64,000 bases of DNA from Parcubacteria group bacterium (GCA_016188775.1 JACPHC010000007.1:28097-92096), one strand, 5' to 3'; counted from the first letter of the stretch, positions 1 to 10,171 are shown. The notes: generated from the letters alone by a model not told the origin. Numbers and translations: made by a program.

Positions 1-1
1 T

Positions 2-622
2 TCGCGAATTTTTTGGCGGGCTCTGTTTTTCTACGATGGGAATTTTTCGGTCGAACCTCTCCATTATCCGGTTTCAATGGACGCGCCGCTGGCTGATAAA
101 TTTTATCAAACCGCGGTTAATGTTTATAAACAGCAAAGAAGGTGGGGTTGGGGCGTTGAAAACGCGCCTTATATTATTTTTGGTTTTTTCAAAAATAAAA
201 AAATTCCTTTTTTGACCAAGCTTTATTTCAGTTTTAATCAATTGGAGGGCTTTTGGTCTTGGAGCACCAACGCTCTAATAATTTATTTTTTAGGCTGGCT
301 GCCTTTATTTTTGGGCGGATTAAAATTTAATCAGACGATTTTGGCCAAAAGTTTACCACAAATCACGAAAATTTTAATGACTTTGGCTCTCGTCGGCGCG
401 CTCAGTTCCGCGATTTACAGCACCCGGCTTCTGCCGGAAAAAAAAGATAAAAGTATTTGGCAATATTTTTCAGTTTTTCTTCAATGGATTTTACTGCCCC
501 TGACGATTATGATTTTTGGAGCCATTCCCGGCCTGGAAGCTCAAACCCGATTAATGCTCGGCCGATATATGGGATTTTGGGTCACGCCGAAAATTCGGAA
601 AAATGAAAATTATTCCAAATAA
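2..622 (+). CDS. GT2-type membrane glycosyltransferase, C-terminal part (5' truncated by window)
   Basis: Frame open from position 2; QQRRW (QxxRW) motif followed by TM helices. Confidence 0.7.
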   Translation, partial: SRIFWRALFFYDGNFSVEPLHYPVSMDAPLADKFYQTAVNVYKQQRRWGWGVENAPYIIFGFFKNKKIPFLTKLYFSFNQLEGFWSWSTNALIIYFLGWLPLFLGGLKFNQTILAKSLPQITKILMTLALVGALSSAIYSTRLLPEKKDKSIWQYFSVFLQWILLPLTIMIFGAIPGLEAQTRLMLGRYMGFWVTPKIRKNENYSK

Positions 623-2686
623 TTATTCCAAATGAAGAATTTTTTGGAATCGTTCCGTCCCTTTCTGAAGCAGGGGATAGTTTTTTAAAACGGGATCGGA
701 TTTTAATATTTTTAAGGCCGATTCTCTGGCCATTTTTATCAAATCAATATCTTTTAGCGAAGCCATGGCCAGATCCGGCAGGCCGGATTGGCGAACGCCG
801 GCCAAATCGCCCGGTCCCCGCAAAACTAGATCTCTTTCCGCCAGATCAAAACCGGAGTCAAATTTTTCCAGAGCTTTTAGCCGTTCCATCGAGTTTTTGG
901 CCGGCGATTCGGTCAGTAAAAAACAATAAGACTGGTGAGGGCCTCGGCCGACCCGGCCCCGGAATTGATGAAGCTGGGCCAGGCCGAAATGTTCCGCGCC
1001 TTCGATCATCATTATTGAAGCGTTCGGGATGTCAATACCGACTTCAACCACTGAAGTGGAAACCAAAATTTGAATTTCGCCTCGAGTAAATTTTTTCATA
1101 ATGGCCTCTTTTTCTTTTGATTTTAATTGGCCGTGGAGCATTGCTATTTTTAAATCCGGAAAAATTTCGCCTGATAATTTTTTGTATTCATTTTTGACCG
1201 CTTTAACCTCGGACATTAAAAGATCATCCCAAGAAGCCTGCCTCGGCATAAAATCTTCAAAATTTTCTTTTATTTTTTCTTCTATCCGCGGACAGATGAC
1301 GAAAACCTGCCGGTTCGCTTCAATTTCTTTTCGGATAAAATCGTAGGCGGCTTTTCTTTTTTCCGGCGGCACGATTTTGGTAATGATTTTTTTTCTGGCT
1401 TTGGGCATTTCTTTAATAAGTGAAATATCCAGATCGCCCCAGACGGCCAAAGCCACGGTGCGGGGAATCGGGGTGGCGCTCATTGAAAGAAAATGAGGGA
1501 CGAGTTTTTGGCTTTTGATCAGAGCGTGCCGTTGCGAGACGCCAAAGCGATGCTGTTCGTCAATAATGACCAGTCCGATATTTTTTAAATTAACGCTTTG
1601 GCTGATTAAGGCGTGAGTGCCGATTAAAAGTTCGGCGTCAAGATTTTCTTTTTTGGAAGAGGTAGCAATGCCGACGCTGTATTTTTTTTCTTGTCTGGCC
1701 ATTATTTCTTTGGCGGTTTTGAAATGCTGTTGGGCCAGTATTTCCGTCGGGCTCATTAAAACCGCCCGATAATTTTGATTCAGGACGGCCATAGCCGCGG
1801 CCAAAGCCACGATAGTTTTGCCGGAGCCGACATCGCCTTGAAGCAGCCGGTTCATCGGATAGGGCTTGTTTAAATCTTGAATGATTTCCCAGAGACTGTT
1901 TTTCTGATCCGGGGTCAGTTCAAAAGGCAGAGTTTTTAAAAATTTTTTTATTAGTTCAATATTAATTGGGATTTGGGGCGATTTTTCTTGGGCCAGTTTG
2001 TGTTTATTTTTTAAAAAAGCCAGCTGAATAAAAAATAATTCTTCAAAAGCGAATCGGCGTTTGGCAATTTCGGCCTCTTGGAAATTTTTCGGGAAGTGGA
2101 TTTGATTTAAAGCCCGCGGCAAATCAATGATTTTTGTCTTTTGTTTTAATTCGTTGGGCAAGGGATCGGGAATGGATTTTATCATTGGAAGCAAGGAACG
2201 AATATAAGTTCTTAGCCATCGGGAAGAGAGTCCCTGCGTTTCCGGGTAGATCGGCGCCAGCCGGGCCGTGTGTGTATTATTCAAGGCGTTTTCATAGGCC
2301 GGATTGGAAAGATAAAGCTCTTCGTCGCGGAAAGCGGTTTTTCCGGAGAGGCTTAAAATCAAGCCGGGTAAAAATGTTTTGGCCAGGTAGGGCTGGTTAA
2401 ACCAGATGGCTTTGATTTGTCCGGTTTGGTCTTCCAGTAAAGCCTCGGTTAGAATCATTCGTTTTTTCCAAGTTCTGACGGTGTTAATTTGTATTATTTT
2501 CGCTTTAATCGAAGCCGTCTCGCCTAAAACTAAATCAGCGATGTTTTTTTGATTGGAAAAATCTTCGTAGCGGTGAGGAAAATGCCACAAAAGATCGCGG
2601 ATAGTTTTAATTCCCAAGCGGTTAAGCCGTTTTTCAACAGCCGGCCCAATCTTGGTTAAAGTTTTGATGGAAGATTCAAGATTCAT
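623..2686 (-). CDS. recG: ATP-dependent DNA helicase RecG
   Basis: OB wedge domain, QGDVGSGKT, DEQH, SAT, QFRGRVGR, RGPG motifs. Confidence 0.97.
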   Translation of the reverse strand: MNLESSIKTLTKIGPAVEKRLNRLGIKTIRDLLWHFPHRYEDFSNQKNIADLVLGETASIKAKIIQINTVRTWKKRMILTEALLEDQTGQIKAIWFNQPYLAKTFLPGLILSLSGKTAFRDEELYLSNPAYENALNNTHTARLAPIYPETQGLSSRWLRTYIRSLLPMIKSIPDPLPNELKQKTKIIDLPRALNQIHFPKNFQEAEIAKRRFAFEELFFIQLAFLKNKHKLAQEKSPQIPINIELIKKFLKTLPFELTPDQKNSLWEIIQDLNKPYPMNRLLQGDVGSGKTIVALAAAMAVLNQNYRAVLMSPTEILAQQHFKTAKEIMARQEKKYSVGIATSSKKENLDAELLIGTHALISQSVNLKNIGLVIIDEQHRFGVSQRHALIKSQKLVPHFLSMSATPIPRTVALAVWGDLDISLIKEMPKARKKIITKIVPPEKRKAAYDFIRKEIEANRQVFVICPRIEEKIKENFEDFMPRQASWDDLLMSEVKAVKNEYKKLSGEIFPDLKIAMLHGQLKSKEKEAIMKKFTRGEIQILVSTSVVEVGIDIPNASIMMIEGAEHFGLAQLHQFRGRVGRGPHQSYCFLLTESPAKNSMERLKALEKFDSGFDLAERDLVLRGPGDLAGVRQSGLPDLAMASLKDIDLIKMARESALKILKSDPVLKNYPLLQKGTERFQKILHLE

Positions 2687-2757
2687 TTATCCTGAAACTA
2701 ACAAAAAATAGCTGGAAAATCCAGCTATTTTGTTTCAATTTATTTCTTTTAATTTAT

Positions 2758-2793
2758 TTTAGCACTTAATTGCTATCGCTTATAAATGCTAAA
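2758..2793. repeat. 36-bp palindromic repeat, copy 1
   Basis: TTTAGCACTTA-N14-TAAATGCTAAA; near-identical copies at 31722 and 36522. Confidence 0.85.
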
Positions 2794-2818
2794 TAAATTA
2801 TTGGAAATTATACATATA

Positions 2819-2890
2819 TGCCCCTGCGAGGAATCGGACCTCGATCTCGGGCTCCGCAAACCCACACTCTATCCATTGAGCTACAGGGGC
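2819..2890 (-). tRNA. tRNA-Arg(GCG)
   Basis: Cloverleaf GCCCCTG...CAGGGGCA; anticodon loop TTGCGGA; T-loop TCCGATT. Confidence 0.9.
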
Positions 2891-2894
2891 AAAA

Positions 2895-3410
2895 TTAAAG
2901 TTTTAATTTTTTAACGATAATATCAGTTAAACCTTCTTCCTGCTCTTTTTCCAACAGAAATTTTAAAAGGAATTCCCGAACTTGAAGCGGTTCTTGGTTC
3001 CCTAGCGGAATTTTAATATAAGGAGTTAACGTGTTTTTGCTTTCCAGGCTTAAAGTCGGCGGTTCGTTAAAAATCCAAAAAGACTCCAACTCGTTAAATT
3101 TGTAATGCCGGCTGCCTATCGCAATGCCGTTTGGGGATATTTGGAAATTATAAATTTTTGGCTGTTTTTTATTTTCAAAATAAAAAATCGCGGTAAAAAG
3201 AAAAAAAACCAGAGCGCCCAAATAATTTTTGAAAATAATGGAAATAATAATTAAAGTGGCCGCGCTAATGCCGGCGATCCAATACCAATTTTTCCCCCGC
3301 TCTTTTTTTTCAAAATCCGGGCCTTGCCATTCAAACATTTGATCCGACGAGGCGGCAATTTCAGTTGCTATCTCGGGGGTAGATTGATTTTTCTCAGTTT
3401 CAATATCCAT
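2895..3410 (-). CDS. Conserved two-TM membrane protein with C-terminal PH-like domain
   Basis: WY..TM..TM followed by YKFNELESFWI-type region. Confidence 0.6.
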   Translation of the reverse strand: MDIETEKNQSTPEIATEIAASSDQMFEWQGPDFEKKERGKNWYWIAGISAATLIIISIIFKNYLGALVFFLFTAIFYFENKKQPKIYNFQISPNGIAIGSRHYKFNELESFWIFNEPPTLSLESKNTLTPYIKIPLGNQEPLQVREFLLKFLLEKEQEEGLTDIIVKKLKL

Positions 3411-3478
3411 AATGCTAATTTATCACGAGAGGTCTAAAAAATCAATTTTAAAGACCCTACGAGGCATAGGGTCTTATT

Positions 3479-4654
3479 TTATTTAACATAAATTGGATTG
3501 GAAATTATCCAGGGATACCAAGAGCCGGCGATTTGCCGTTCCACTTCAACACGGTAAACGCCCGGCATTCCAATATGGGTTGTCAACGAAGCTGTTATGT
3601 TTTCGTCAATCACTTGGCCGTTTCGGAAGAAACGAATTTTCCCTTTTTGGGTAAGCCGAGTTTCAAAACGTATCATAAAGGCCGTGTCTTCGAGATTCGC
3701 CGTGCCTCCCATCATAAATATTTTGTCCTCTCCCTTTTTAGAAAGAAATTCCGCGTAGAAATTTAACTCATTAAAATTTCCGCCATTAACAATATCGAAT
3801 GAAATATAAGTTCGGCCATTTTTCAGAGCTTCCAGCACCGCGGCTTCTCTTAATTCCGGAGCCTGAACATGAACGCTGACCATATTGAAACTTAACCAAT
3901 ACGGATCCAGTTGCTTTCCCCAAATTTTTACATTTTGATGAGTGTCGTTTCCGGCAATGGCCGTGACGTGGCGGTTTTTTAGATTTTCATCCCATTTTTT
4001 TAAGGCGTTATCAGGCCGATCAAGGATTTGAAGAAAAATTTCTTTTTGATAATTTTTCCAGCAACATAAAATTCTGAAAATATGCCCGGGCCATTTCCAA
4101 AAAGGTTCGGTTAGCGCGTCATCAAAAATGTCGTAAATCTCAATAGCATCATAATCGGCAATTTCAAAATTTTTGTAAAGATAATCCGGATGGGCGATAG
4201 CGATTAAAGAATTTTGACCGCGAAGCTCTTCGGTTATTTCTTCCCAAGTCAATTTGCTTTTATCTATAAATTTTTTGGGCGCGATGGCGAGGATATCGGT
4301 TTTATCTTTGATAATTTCCGTCCCACGAATGAAAAGAATTCCGTCAATCAGTCCTTGAGGCTGGTCTCGAAATATTTTTTGATCGTTGTGATCGTTTAAA
4401 ATGACAAAATCCAAATTATTTTGATGAGCCGCGGCGATTATTTCATCAATTTTCCCTTCGCTGTCATGAGAAATGGAAGTATGGACATGAATAACGCCTT
4501 TATAATCATTGAGTTTAATAGGGTATAATGATCTATTCCTTATGCTAAAATTTTCTAAATCTTTTTTAATCGCTTCTAAATTTCCAGCGCAACCAAAAAT
4601 CAAAAATATGTTAATCAGGCTTAAAGCCGAAATGATAAATTTTTTAAAGAACAT
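3479..4654 (-). CDS. PHP-family metallohydrolase lipoprotein
   Basis: Lipobox IFGC; HVHT, NDH, AHP, GNDTH motifs; AAGGAGG SD upstream. Confidence 0.8.
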   Translation of the reverse strand: MFFKKFIISALSLINIFLIFGCAGNLEAIKKDLENFSIRNRSLYPIKLNDYKGVIHVHTSISHDSEGKIDEIIAAAHQNNLDFVILNDHNDQKIFRDQPQGLIDGILFIRGTEIIKDKTDILAIAPKKFIDKSKLTWEEITEELRGQNSLIAIAHPDYLYKNFEIADYDAIEIYDIFDDALTEPFWKWPGHIFRILCCWKNYQKEIFLQILDRPDNALKKWDENLKNRHVTAIAGNDTHQNVKIWGKQLDPYWLSFNMVSVHVQAPELREAAVLEALKNGRTYISFDIVNGGNFNELNFYAEFLSKKGEDKIFMMGGTANLEDTAFMIRFETRLTQKGKIRFFRNGQVIDENITASLTTHIGMPGVYRVEVERQIAGSWYPWIISNPIYVK

Positions 4655-4687
4655 TCATTCCTCCTTGCCCTTCCGTAGTGAGGGCTT

Positions 4688-5074
4688 TTATTTCGCTTCG
4701 TTATAATATTTAATAACTTTTTCAATTATCGTGTCAATTCTGGCGTTGGCTTTGATTAAAAAATCCGCTATTCCCAGAGCTTTAATTTTATCCACGTCGG
4801 CCATTTGGCTTAAATTAGAAATAACGATCACAGGGACGCTTTTCCAGCTTTCAATTTTTTTTATTTCCGAAAGTATTTCAAACCCGGACGCTCCGGGAAG
4901 CATCAAATCAAGGATAATCACGGTCGGCGGATTGCTTTTCGGGTCTTTTATGTAATTAAGCGCTTCTTTGCCGTTAATCAAAGGTTTTACCATCGCGTTT
5001 TGCTTGGCAAATTTAAGTTGGTAAGCCCTTTGGACCGATTGGTCGTCTTCAATTATGAGAATGTATTTTTCCAT
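4688..5074 (-). CDS. Stand-alone CheY-like response regulator
   Basis: IEDD, LDLMLP, SN, K motifs; no output domain. Confidence 0.92.
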   Translation of the reverse strand: MEKYILIIEDDQSVQRAYQLKFAKQNAMVKPLINGKEALNYIKDPKSNPPTVIILDLMLPGASGFEILSEIKKIESWKSVPVIVISNLSQMADVDKIKALGIADFLIKANARIDTIIEKVIKYYNEAK

Positions 5075-5460
5075 TACGCTTTTCCTTTATCCATTAACAT
5101 TGAAACTTCATTTATAAGGTTATCAAGTTTCCATTCGCTTTTGACAAAATATTCCAGGACCGAGAGTTTTTTAACTTCGTCTTTGGTGTCAAAGGTGCCG
5201 GAGACCGAGACAACCACCACTTTTTTGTCTTTTAATTCCGGTTCCCCCCTTAATTTTTTCAAAAAATCAAAGCCGGACATTTTGGGCAGCCGTAAATCAA
5301 GCCAAATAAGATCGATTTTTTCCGTTTTAAGCGAATTCATCGCTTCTTCGGCGGTGAAAGCGGAAAATGTTTTAAAGCCTTTTTCTTTAAGTCTTTCCAC
5401 GATAATTGAATTTAAGGCTTTTTCATCTTCAACAACAAGAATTGTTTTCACGTTTTCCAT
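5074..5460 (-). CDS. Stand-alone CheY-like response regulator
   Basis: VEDE, LDLRLPKMSG motifs; no output domain. Confidence 0.92.
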   Translation of the reverse strand: MENVKTILVVEDEKALNSIIVERLKEKGFKTFSAFTAEEAMNSLKTEKIDLIWLDLRLPKMSGFDFLKKLRGEPELKDKKVVVVSVSGTFDTKDEVKKLSVLEYFVKSEWKLDNLINEVSMLMDKGKA

Positions 5461-5488
5461 AAAAATTTATTTTTTTCGTTTTATTAAA

Positions 5489-7342
5489 TCAAGCTAAAGA
5501 GATAGTAAAATAAAAAGTCGCGCCTTTGCCTTCTTCGGATTCAAACCAAATTTTTCCTTCCCATAATTCCACCAATTTTTTGATCAAAGCCAGACCCAAG
5601 CCGTTGCCTTCGGGTATTTCAGTTACGGCGTTGTCGGCTCTGAAAAATTTTTCAAAAATATTTTTTTGCTGTTCTTTCGGTATTCCGATCCCGTTATCTT
5701 TAACCGAATAAATCAAAGTGTTTTCCGTTGCCGGGTCTTTTTCTATTTTTATTTCTATCGCGCCGTCTGTCCGCGTGTAATTTATCGCGTTTGAAAGAAG
5801 ATTAGTTATGACTTGCTCAAGCATAGTCAGGTCGGCCAGGGCATTTGCCAATTCTTTCGGGGGTTCGATAAAATTAACTTTGTGGTTTTTATTTTTAATA
5901 AGAGGGGAAAGATTTTTGACGATGTTATTCGTAACGTCCGAGAGATTAAGGCTAGTCATTTCATTTTTAATTCTGCCGCCTTCTATTCGCGCCAGAGACA
6001 AAAGCATATTAATGGTTTCGTTAAGCTTTAAAATTCCGGCATAAATTTGGCCAACGAAGTTTTTTTGGTCTTCATTAAGGGGCCCGGCATCTTCGCTTTC
6101 TATCATTTCGGTGTACCACCTCATGGTTGTCAGAGGAGTGCGCAACTGGTGGGAAGCGACGGAAATAAAACTGCTTTTCGTTTCGTCAATCTTTTTTTCT
6201 TCTTCGTTGTCCCTGAAAACGATTATGGCTCCGGTTATTCGCCCGGCCTCGTCTTTAAACGGAGCGGCTGTCAGAACAACGGGGAGTCTTTTTCCGGCCT
6301 TAGTTTCAAAATAATAATCGTCTTTTAACGATATTTCCATCGGTTTTCCGGTTTTTAACACGATTGCCGCGGGTCTTTTTTCTTCTTCTATTTTTTTTGA
6401 TCCCTGATAAACAAAAAAAACATCGCTGATTTTTTTTTCAACCGCGTCCGCTGTTTTAATTTCAAGAAGTTTTTCGCCTTTTTGATTGATGAGCGCGATT
6501 TTGAAAGACGAATCAATCAAAAGAACGCCGTCATCCATTGAAGAAATTAAAGTTTTAAACCGTTCGTATTCGTTTCTTATGTTTAACAGAGAGGTTTTTA
6601 GCTTAAGGCGCATATTGTCAAAATCGCCGATAAATTTTCCAAGCTCGTCATTTGATTTGTACGCGATTTTAAAATCAAAATTCTCTTTGCCGATGGCTTC
6701 GGAGCCTTTTTCAAGGATTTTTATCGGATTTTTAATGAATATTTGGAAAATAATGAAAATAGCGATAAAAATAAAAGCCCCGCCGATTCCAAGCGCTAAA
6801 ATAATGTTGTTAATTTGCGTCGTTATCGGGTTTAAAACGGCGTCAAGGACATCGTGAATTTCCACAACGCCCATAATTTGGCCGTTAATATTTATCGGGA
6901 TATAAATATCGAGAAAATCTCCGATTTCTGTTTCTTTAGGCTCGTTTTCATCTTCTTTTTTTTCTTCAAAAAACGATTTTTTTTCTTCCAGCGCGCGGCT
7001 GACATCCCGATGTTTCGGAAAATTTAGTCCGATCAAAGACTTGATGCTGGAAAATAATATTTTTTTATCGGCGCTCCAAATAGAAAAGCGGACTGTCCCC
7101 GGCGTCTTGATGTCTTCGCTGAAAATTTTGAATTTTTCCCGACTGGCCAGATCTTCCGGGTTAGAAAAATTTTCAGACAGAAGTTTTTCTTTTACCTTTT
7201 TATTTACCGTTTCGTTAATTCTTAAAAATTCCTCCTTGATAAATGAATTTTTTAATTGCTGGCGGATAAAAAAACCGATAATGGCAATAATGAAAATTAA
7301 AATTGCGATAACCGGTATCGTTATTTTATAGATAAGTTTCAT
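5489..7342 (-). CDS. Sensor histidine kinase (TM-Cache-like-TM-HAMP-PAS-HisKA-HATPase)
   Basis: SHQLRTP H-box, NLLSNA, DNGIG, GNGLGL boxes. Confidence 0.95.
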   Translation of the reverse strand: MKLIYKITIPVIAILIFIIAIIGFFIRQQLKNSFIKEEFLRINETVNKKVKEKLLSENFSNPEDLASREKFKIFSEDIKTPGTVRFSIWSADKKILFSSIKSLIGLNFPKHRDVSRALEEKKSFFEEKKEDENEPKETEIGDFLDIYIPININGQIMGVVEIHDVLDAVLNPITTQINNIILALGIGGAFIFIAIFIIFQIFIKNPIKILEKGSEAIGKENFDFKIAYKSNDELGKFIGDFDNMRLKLKTSLLNIRNEYERFKTLISSMDDGVLLIDSSFKIALINQKGEKLLEIKTADAVEKKISDVFFVYQGSKKIEEEKRPAAIVLKTGKPMEISLKDDYYFETKAGKRLPVVLTAAPFKDEAGRITGAIIVFRDNEEEKKIDETKSSFISVASHQLRTPLTTMRWYTEMIESEDAGPLNEDQKNFVGQIYAGILKLNETINMLLSLARIEGGRIKNEMTSLNLSDVTNNIVKNLSPLIKNKNHKVNFIEPPKELANALADLTMLEQVITNLLSNAINYTRTDGAIEIKIEKDPATENTLIYSVKDNGIGIPKEQQKNIFEKFFRADNAVTEIPEGNGLGLALIKKLVELWEGKIWFESEEGKGATFYFTISLA

Positions 7343-7354
7343 CCAAAAAATTTA

Positions 7355-7975
7355 TTAAATTTTTTTGAGAATCATTTTAATTACTAAAATCGAAACGATA
7401 AATCCGGCGGCGAGTTCAACAATGATTTTAGCGCCATTTTTAATGAAAGCGTTATTGATGTCTTTTTTTGTTTGGTTAAATGTTTGATAAATTTCCATAA
7501 CGCCCAAAACATTTTTCTGGCTATCAAGAATTGGGACGTAAGTTTCGGTAAATTCCGTATATTGTCGTTCGCTGGTTCTTTCAGCTTTAGAAAGCGATTT
7601 AAATTCAAACGCCGTTTCTCCGTCCAGGGCCTCTTTTACTTCATCGTTATCCGCGGCTTTCTCGCCGATAATTTCCGTAAGATTTGACCAGATTATTTTT
7701 GGTTCGCGGTCGTAAATTTTTATCCGAAAAAGCCTTGACGATTGGATTTTATCGAAGAAATTTTCAAAGACTCGCGCTTGCTCCTGCGTGGTTTTTTGCC
7801 AGACGGATTGGTCAATTAAAACGCTGGCTTGTTCTTGAATGAATTTTTCATTATCTTCTTTTAGATCGTCAATCGCTTCGTTTTTTATATTGTTGTAGCT
7901 TTTATAAAGCCAAAATCCGCCGCCTAAAATTGTTATAGCGGCTAAAATTAAAATAATTTTTAAATACTTGCTCAT
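7355..7975 (-). CDS. Two-TM sensor-only protein similar to the kinase extracellular domain
   Basis: RIKIYD..KIIWS..IIG / YVPI..LGVMEIY parallels RFSIWS..KILFS..LIG / YIPI..MGVVEIH of the kinase. Confidence 0.65.
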   Translation of the reverse strand: MSKYLKIILILAAITILGGGFWLYKSYNNIKNEAIDDLKEDNEKFIQEQASVLIDQSVWQKTTQEQARVFENFFDKIQSSRLFRIKIYDREPKIIWSNLTEIIGEKAADNDEVKEALDGETAFEFKSLSKAERTSERQYTEFTETYVPILDSQKNVLGVMEIYQTFNQTKKDINNAFIKNGAKIIVELAAGFIVSILVIKMILKKI

Positions 7976-8057
7976 ATTTATTTGAATTAATTATATGTAA
8001 ATTTTTATCGACCCCATAGTCATCTATAATAATAGCGAATATTTTTTATCGTATCAA

Positions 8058-8447
8058 TCAATCCTTCGCTTCGTTATAGTATTTAATAACAAGCTCGATC
8101 ATTTCGTCAATTCTAGTGTCGGCTTTGATTAAAAATTTTTTAATGCCCAGCGCTTTGACTTTTTCAATATCAGCGGCCTGGCTTAGATTGGAGAGCACCA
8201 GAACTGTCGCGTCTTTCCAGCCGTCTCGTTTTTTAATTTCCGAAAGAATTTGGAAACCCGAAGCGCGAGGCAACATCAAGTCAAGTATAATCACGGCCGG
8301 CGGTTCGTTTTTTAGGTTTTTGACGAAATCAATCGCTTCTTGTCCGTCCAAAACGGCTTTAAACGGCAAATTGTTTTTAGCGAATTTTAATTGATAGGCT
8401 TTTTGAATGACCGGATCGTCTTCAATTATGAAAATGTATTTATTCAT
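8058..8447 (-). CDS. Stand-alone CheY-like response regulator, paralog of 4688..5074 (start revised to ATG 8447)
   Basis: MNKYIFIIEDD...IKYYNEAK matches the paralog end to end; the longer ORF-track extension overlaps a tRNA. Confidence 0.9.
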   Translation of the reverse strand: MNKYIFIIEDDPVIQKAYQLKFAKNNLPFKAVLDGQEAIDFVKNLKNEPPAVIILDLMLPRASGFQILSEIKKRDGWKDATVLVLSNLSQAADIEKVKALGIKKFLIKADTRIDEMIELVIKYYNEAKD

Positions 8448-8537
8448 TGGCGGAGGGTGCAGGATTTGAACCTGCGAGGAGCTTTCGCCCCAACTGGTTT
8501 TCAAGACCAGCGCCATAAACCGCTCGGCCAACCCTCC
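8448..8537 (-). tRNA. tRNA-Ser(TGA)
   Basis: GGAGGGT...ACCCTCCGCCA, long variable arm, loop CTTGAAA. Confidence 0.95.
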
Positions 8538-8629
8538 GTTTAAACCACTTCCGCCCAAGACGAACCAGCCTTGGGCTGACAGGCGCGTCTCCGTAATTTT
8601 AAAATTATCATTTATCATCGTTTTAATCA

Positions 8630-8688
8630 AATAAAGCATCCGCGCCACCCTACGGGTGGCGCGGTATTGCAATAATGCTTTGTTATGA
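8630..8688 (+). mobile_element. Partial copy of AATAAA-core miniature element
   Basis: AATAAAGCATCCGCG-hairpin-ATTGCAATAATGCTTTGTTATGA matches the left end of the 19512 copy. Confidence 0.75.
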
Positions 8689-8731
8689 GCGGCTTGATTT
8701 TATCGCGCCGCTGATAGTTTAAACCTATTAC

Positions 8732-9382
8732 TTATTTTTTTTCCAATTTTCCGTTGTTTAAATAATAAAGCGTGTCGCCGAGGTTTTTGGCGTCAGTCGG
8801 GTCGTGAGTGATAATAATGGCTGGCAGACGCAATTTTTTGATGAGCGCTCTAAGCTCTCGGCCCACCGATTCTTTTGTTTCAATATCAATCGCGGAAAGC
8901 GGCTCGTCAAGAAGAAATAATTTGGGCTGTATGGCCAGCGCTCTGGCCAGAGCCACGCGCTGTTTCTCTCCGCCGGAAATTTTTTCAACGTTTCGTTGGC
9001 CAAGTTCGTCGGGCAGTTCCGCGATTTTCAAAAGTTCTCTCACTTTTTTTTTTCGCGCCTCGGCGTCTTGTCCGCGGACGGCTAAACCAAAGCCGATGTT
9101 GTCTTGGACGGAAAGATGCGGAAAGAGTCCGTAATCTTGCGGGACATAGGCGATCTGTTTTTTTTCTATGGGCAAGGAAATTATATTTTGACCGTCAAAG
9201 GAAATTTCTCCCGCTTCAGGAACAATAAACCCCAAAATGCATAAAAGAAGCGTAGTTTTTCCAGAACCGGATTTGCCCATAACCGCGACAATTTCATTTT
9301 CATTGACCGCAAGATTAAGCCCGTCAAGAATTTTTTTATCATTATAGGATTTTGTCAGATTTTTTATTGTCAGCATTGGCAT
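8732..9382 (-). CDS. ABC transporter ATPase (ModC/CysA/PotA-like)
   Basis: GKSGSGKT, ISGGEKQR, LLDEP, ITHD. Confidence 0.9.
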   Translation of the reverse strand: MPMLTIKNLTKSYNDKKILDGLNLAVNENEIVAVMGKSGSGKTTLLLCILGFIVPEAGEISFDGQNIISLPIEKKQIAYVPQDYGLFPHLSVQDNIGFGLAVRGQDAEARKKKVRELLKIAELPDELGQRNVEKISGGEKQRVALARALAIQPKLFLLDEPLSAIDIETKESVGRELRALIKKLRLPAIIITHDPTDAKNLGDTLYYLNNGKLEKK

Positions 9383-9391
9383 AAAAATAAT

Positions 9392-10171
9392 TTATTCCAC
9401 TTTACGTTTAAAAAGGGAACGGACAATAATAATAGTGAAAAGAGCGAATATCGTTAACAGAGCTGTCGCGGCAAGGGCGAGGAACGGATTCGCGTCTACA
9501 ACTCGGCTGGCGTATGTCGGCAGAATTTCTGTTTTGTAGGAGATCACTCCGGCAAAAATAAGCGAGCCGCCGAATTCTCCCATGGCTCTAGCCCACGAAA
9601 GAGTAAGGCCGGCTGTAATATCGCGGCGAGCTAGGGGGATAAGAACGCGAAAAAGGACATCGCGCGCGCCCGCGCCCAAAGAGCGCGCGACTAAATCCAA
9701 TTTGGAATTTTTTATTTCCCGAAATTTTCTCAAGGTGTATCCGATCGTGAACGGAGCGGAAACCAAGAGTTTGGCAATGACTACCGCGGTGAAAGTGAAC
9801 GCGATATTGATTGGCGAAGACGGCCCCAGCATAAAAAGGTAAATGACGCCGACTGCCACCGGCGGAAAAGTTTGGGGGATATCGATCAAGAGCGCTTCCA
9901 CGAAATTATTATAGCGAAAAGAGCTATAGGTGAGAAAATAGGCTACCGGTATGGCAAAAAAAGCGGTCAGCAACACCACGACAACGGCGGAAGAAAAACT
10001 GATGAGGAAAGCGGACCAAAACCTTCCATCTTGAAGAACGGCCGATGCCGCGTCAAACTTTACAAAAAAAACGACAAAAAGAAATAAATACGGGATAATA
10101 AACCAGGCAATCCAGCTCCATGACGATATTTTAATAAAGAAATTGGTTTTGTCTTTTTCAGTTCTGTTCAT
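9392..10171 (-). CDS. Molybdate/sulfate-type ABC permease (ModB-like)
   Basis: PPVAVG, ARSLGA EAA-like loop, ARAMGEFG. Confidence 0.85.
   Translation of the reverse strand: MNRTEKDKTNFFIKISSWSWIAWFIIPYLFLFVVFFVKFDAASAVLQDGRFWSAFLISFSSAVVVVLLTAFFAIPVAYFLTYSSFRYNNFVEALLIDIPQTFPPVAVGVIYLFMLGPSSPINIAFTFTAVVIAKLLVSAPFTIGYTLRKFREIKNSKLDLVARSLGAGARDVLFRVLIPLARRDITAGLTLSWARAMGEFGGSLIFAGVISYKTEILPTYASRVVDANPFLALAATALLTIFALFTIIIVRSLFKRKVE

Noticed and set aside
8448-8672. N-terminal extension of the 204-aa ORF
   Set aside because: Runs through tRNA-Ser and a repeat; receiver homology begins at 8447.
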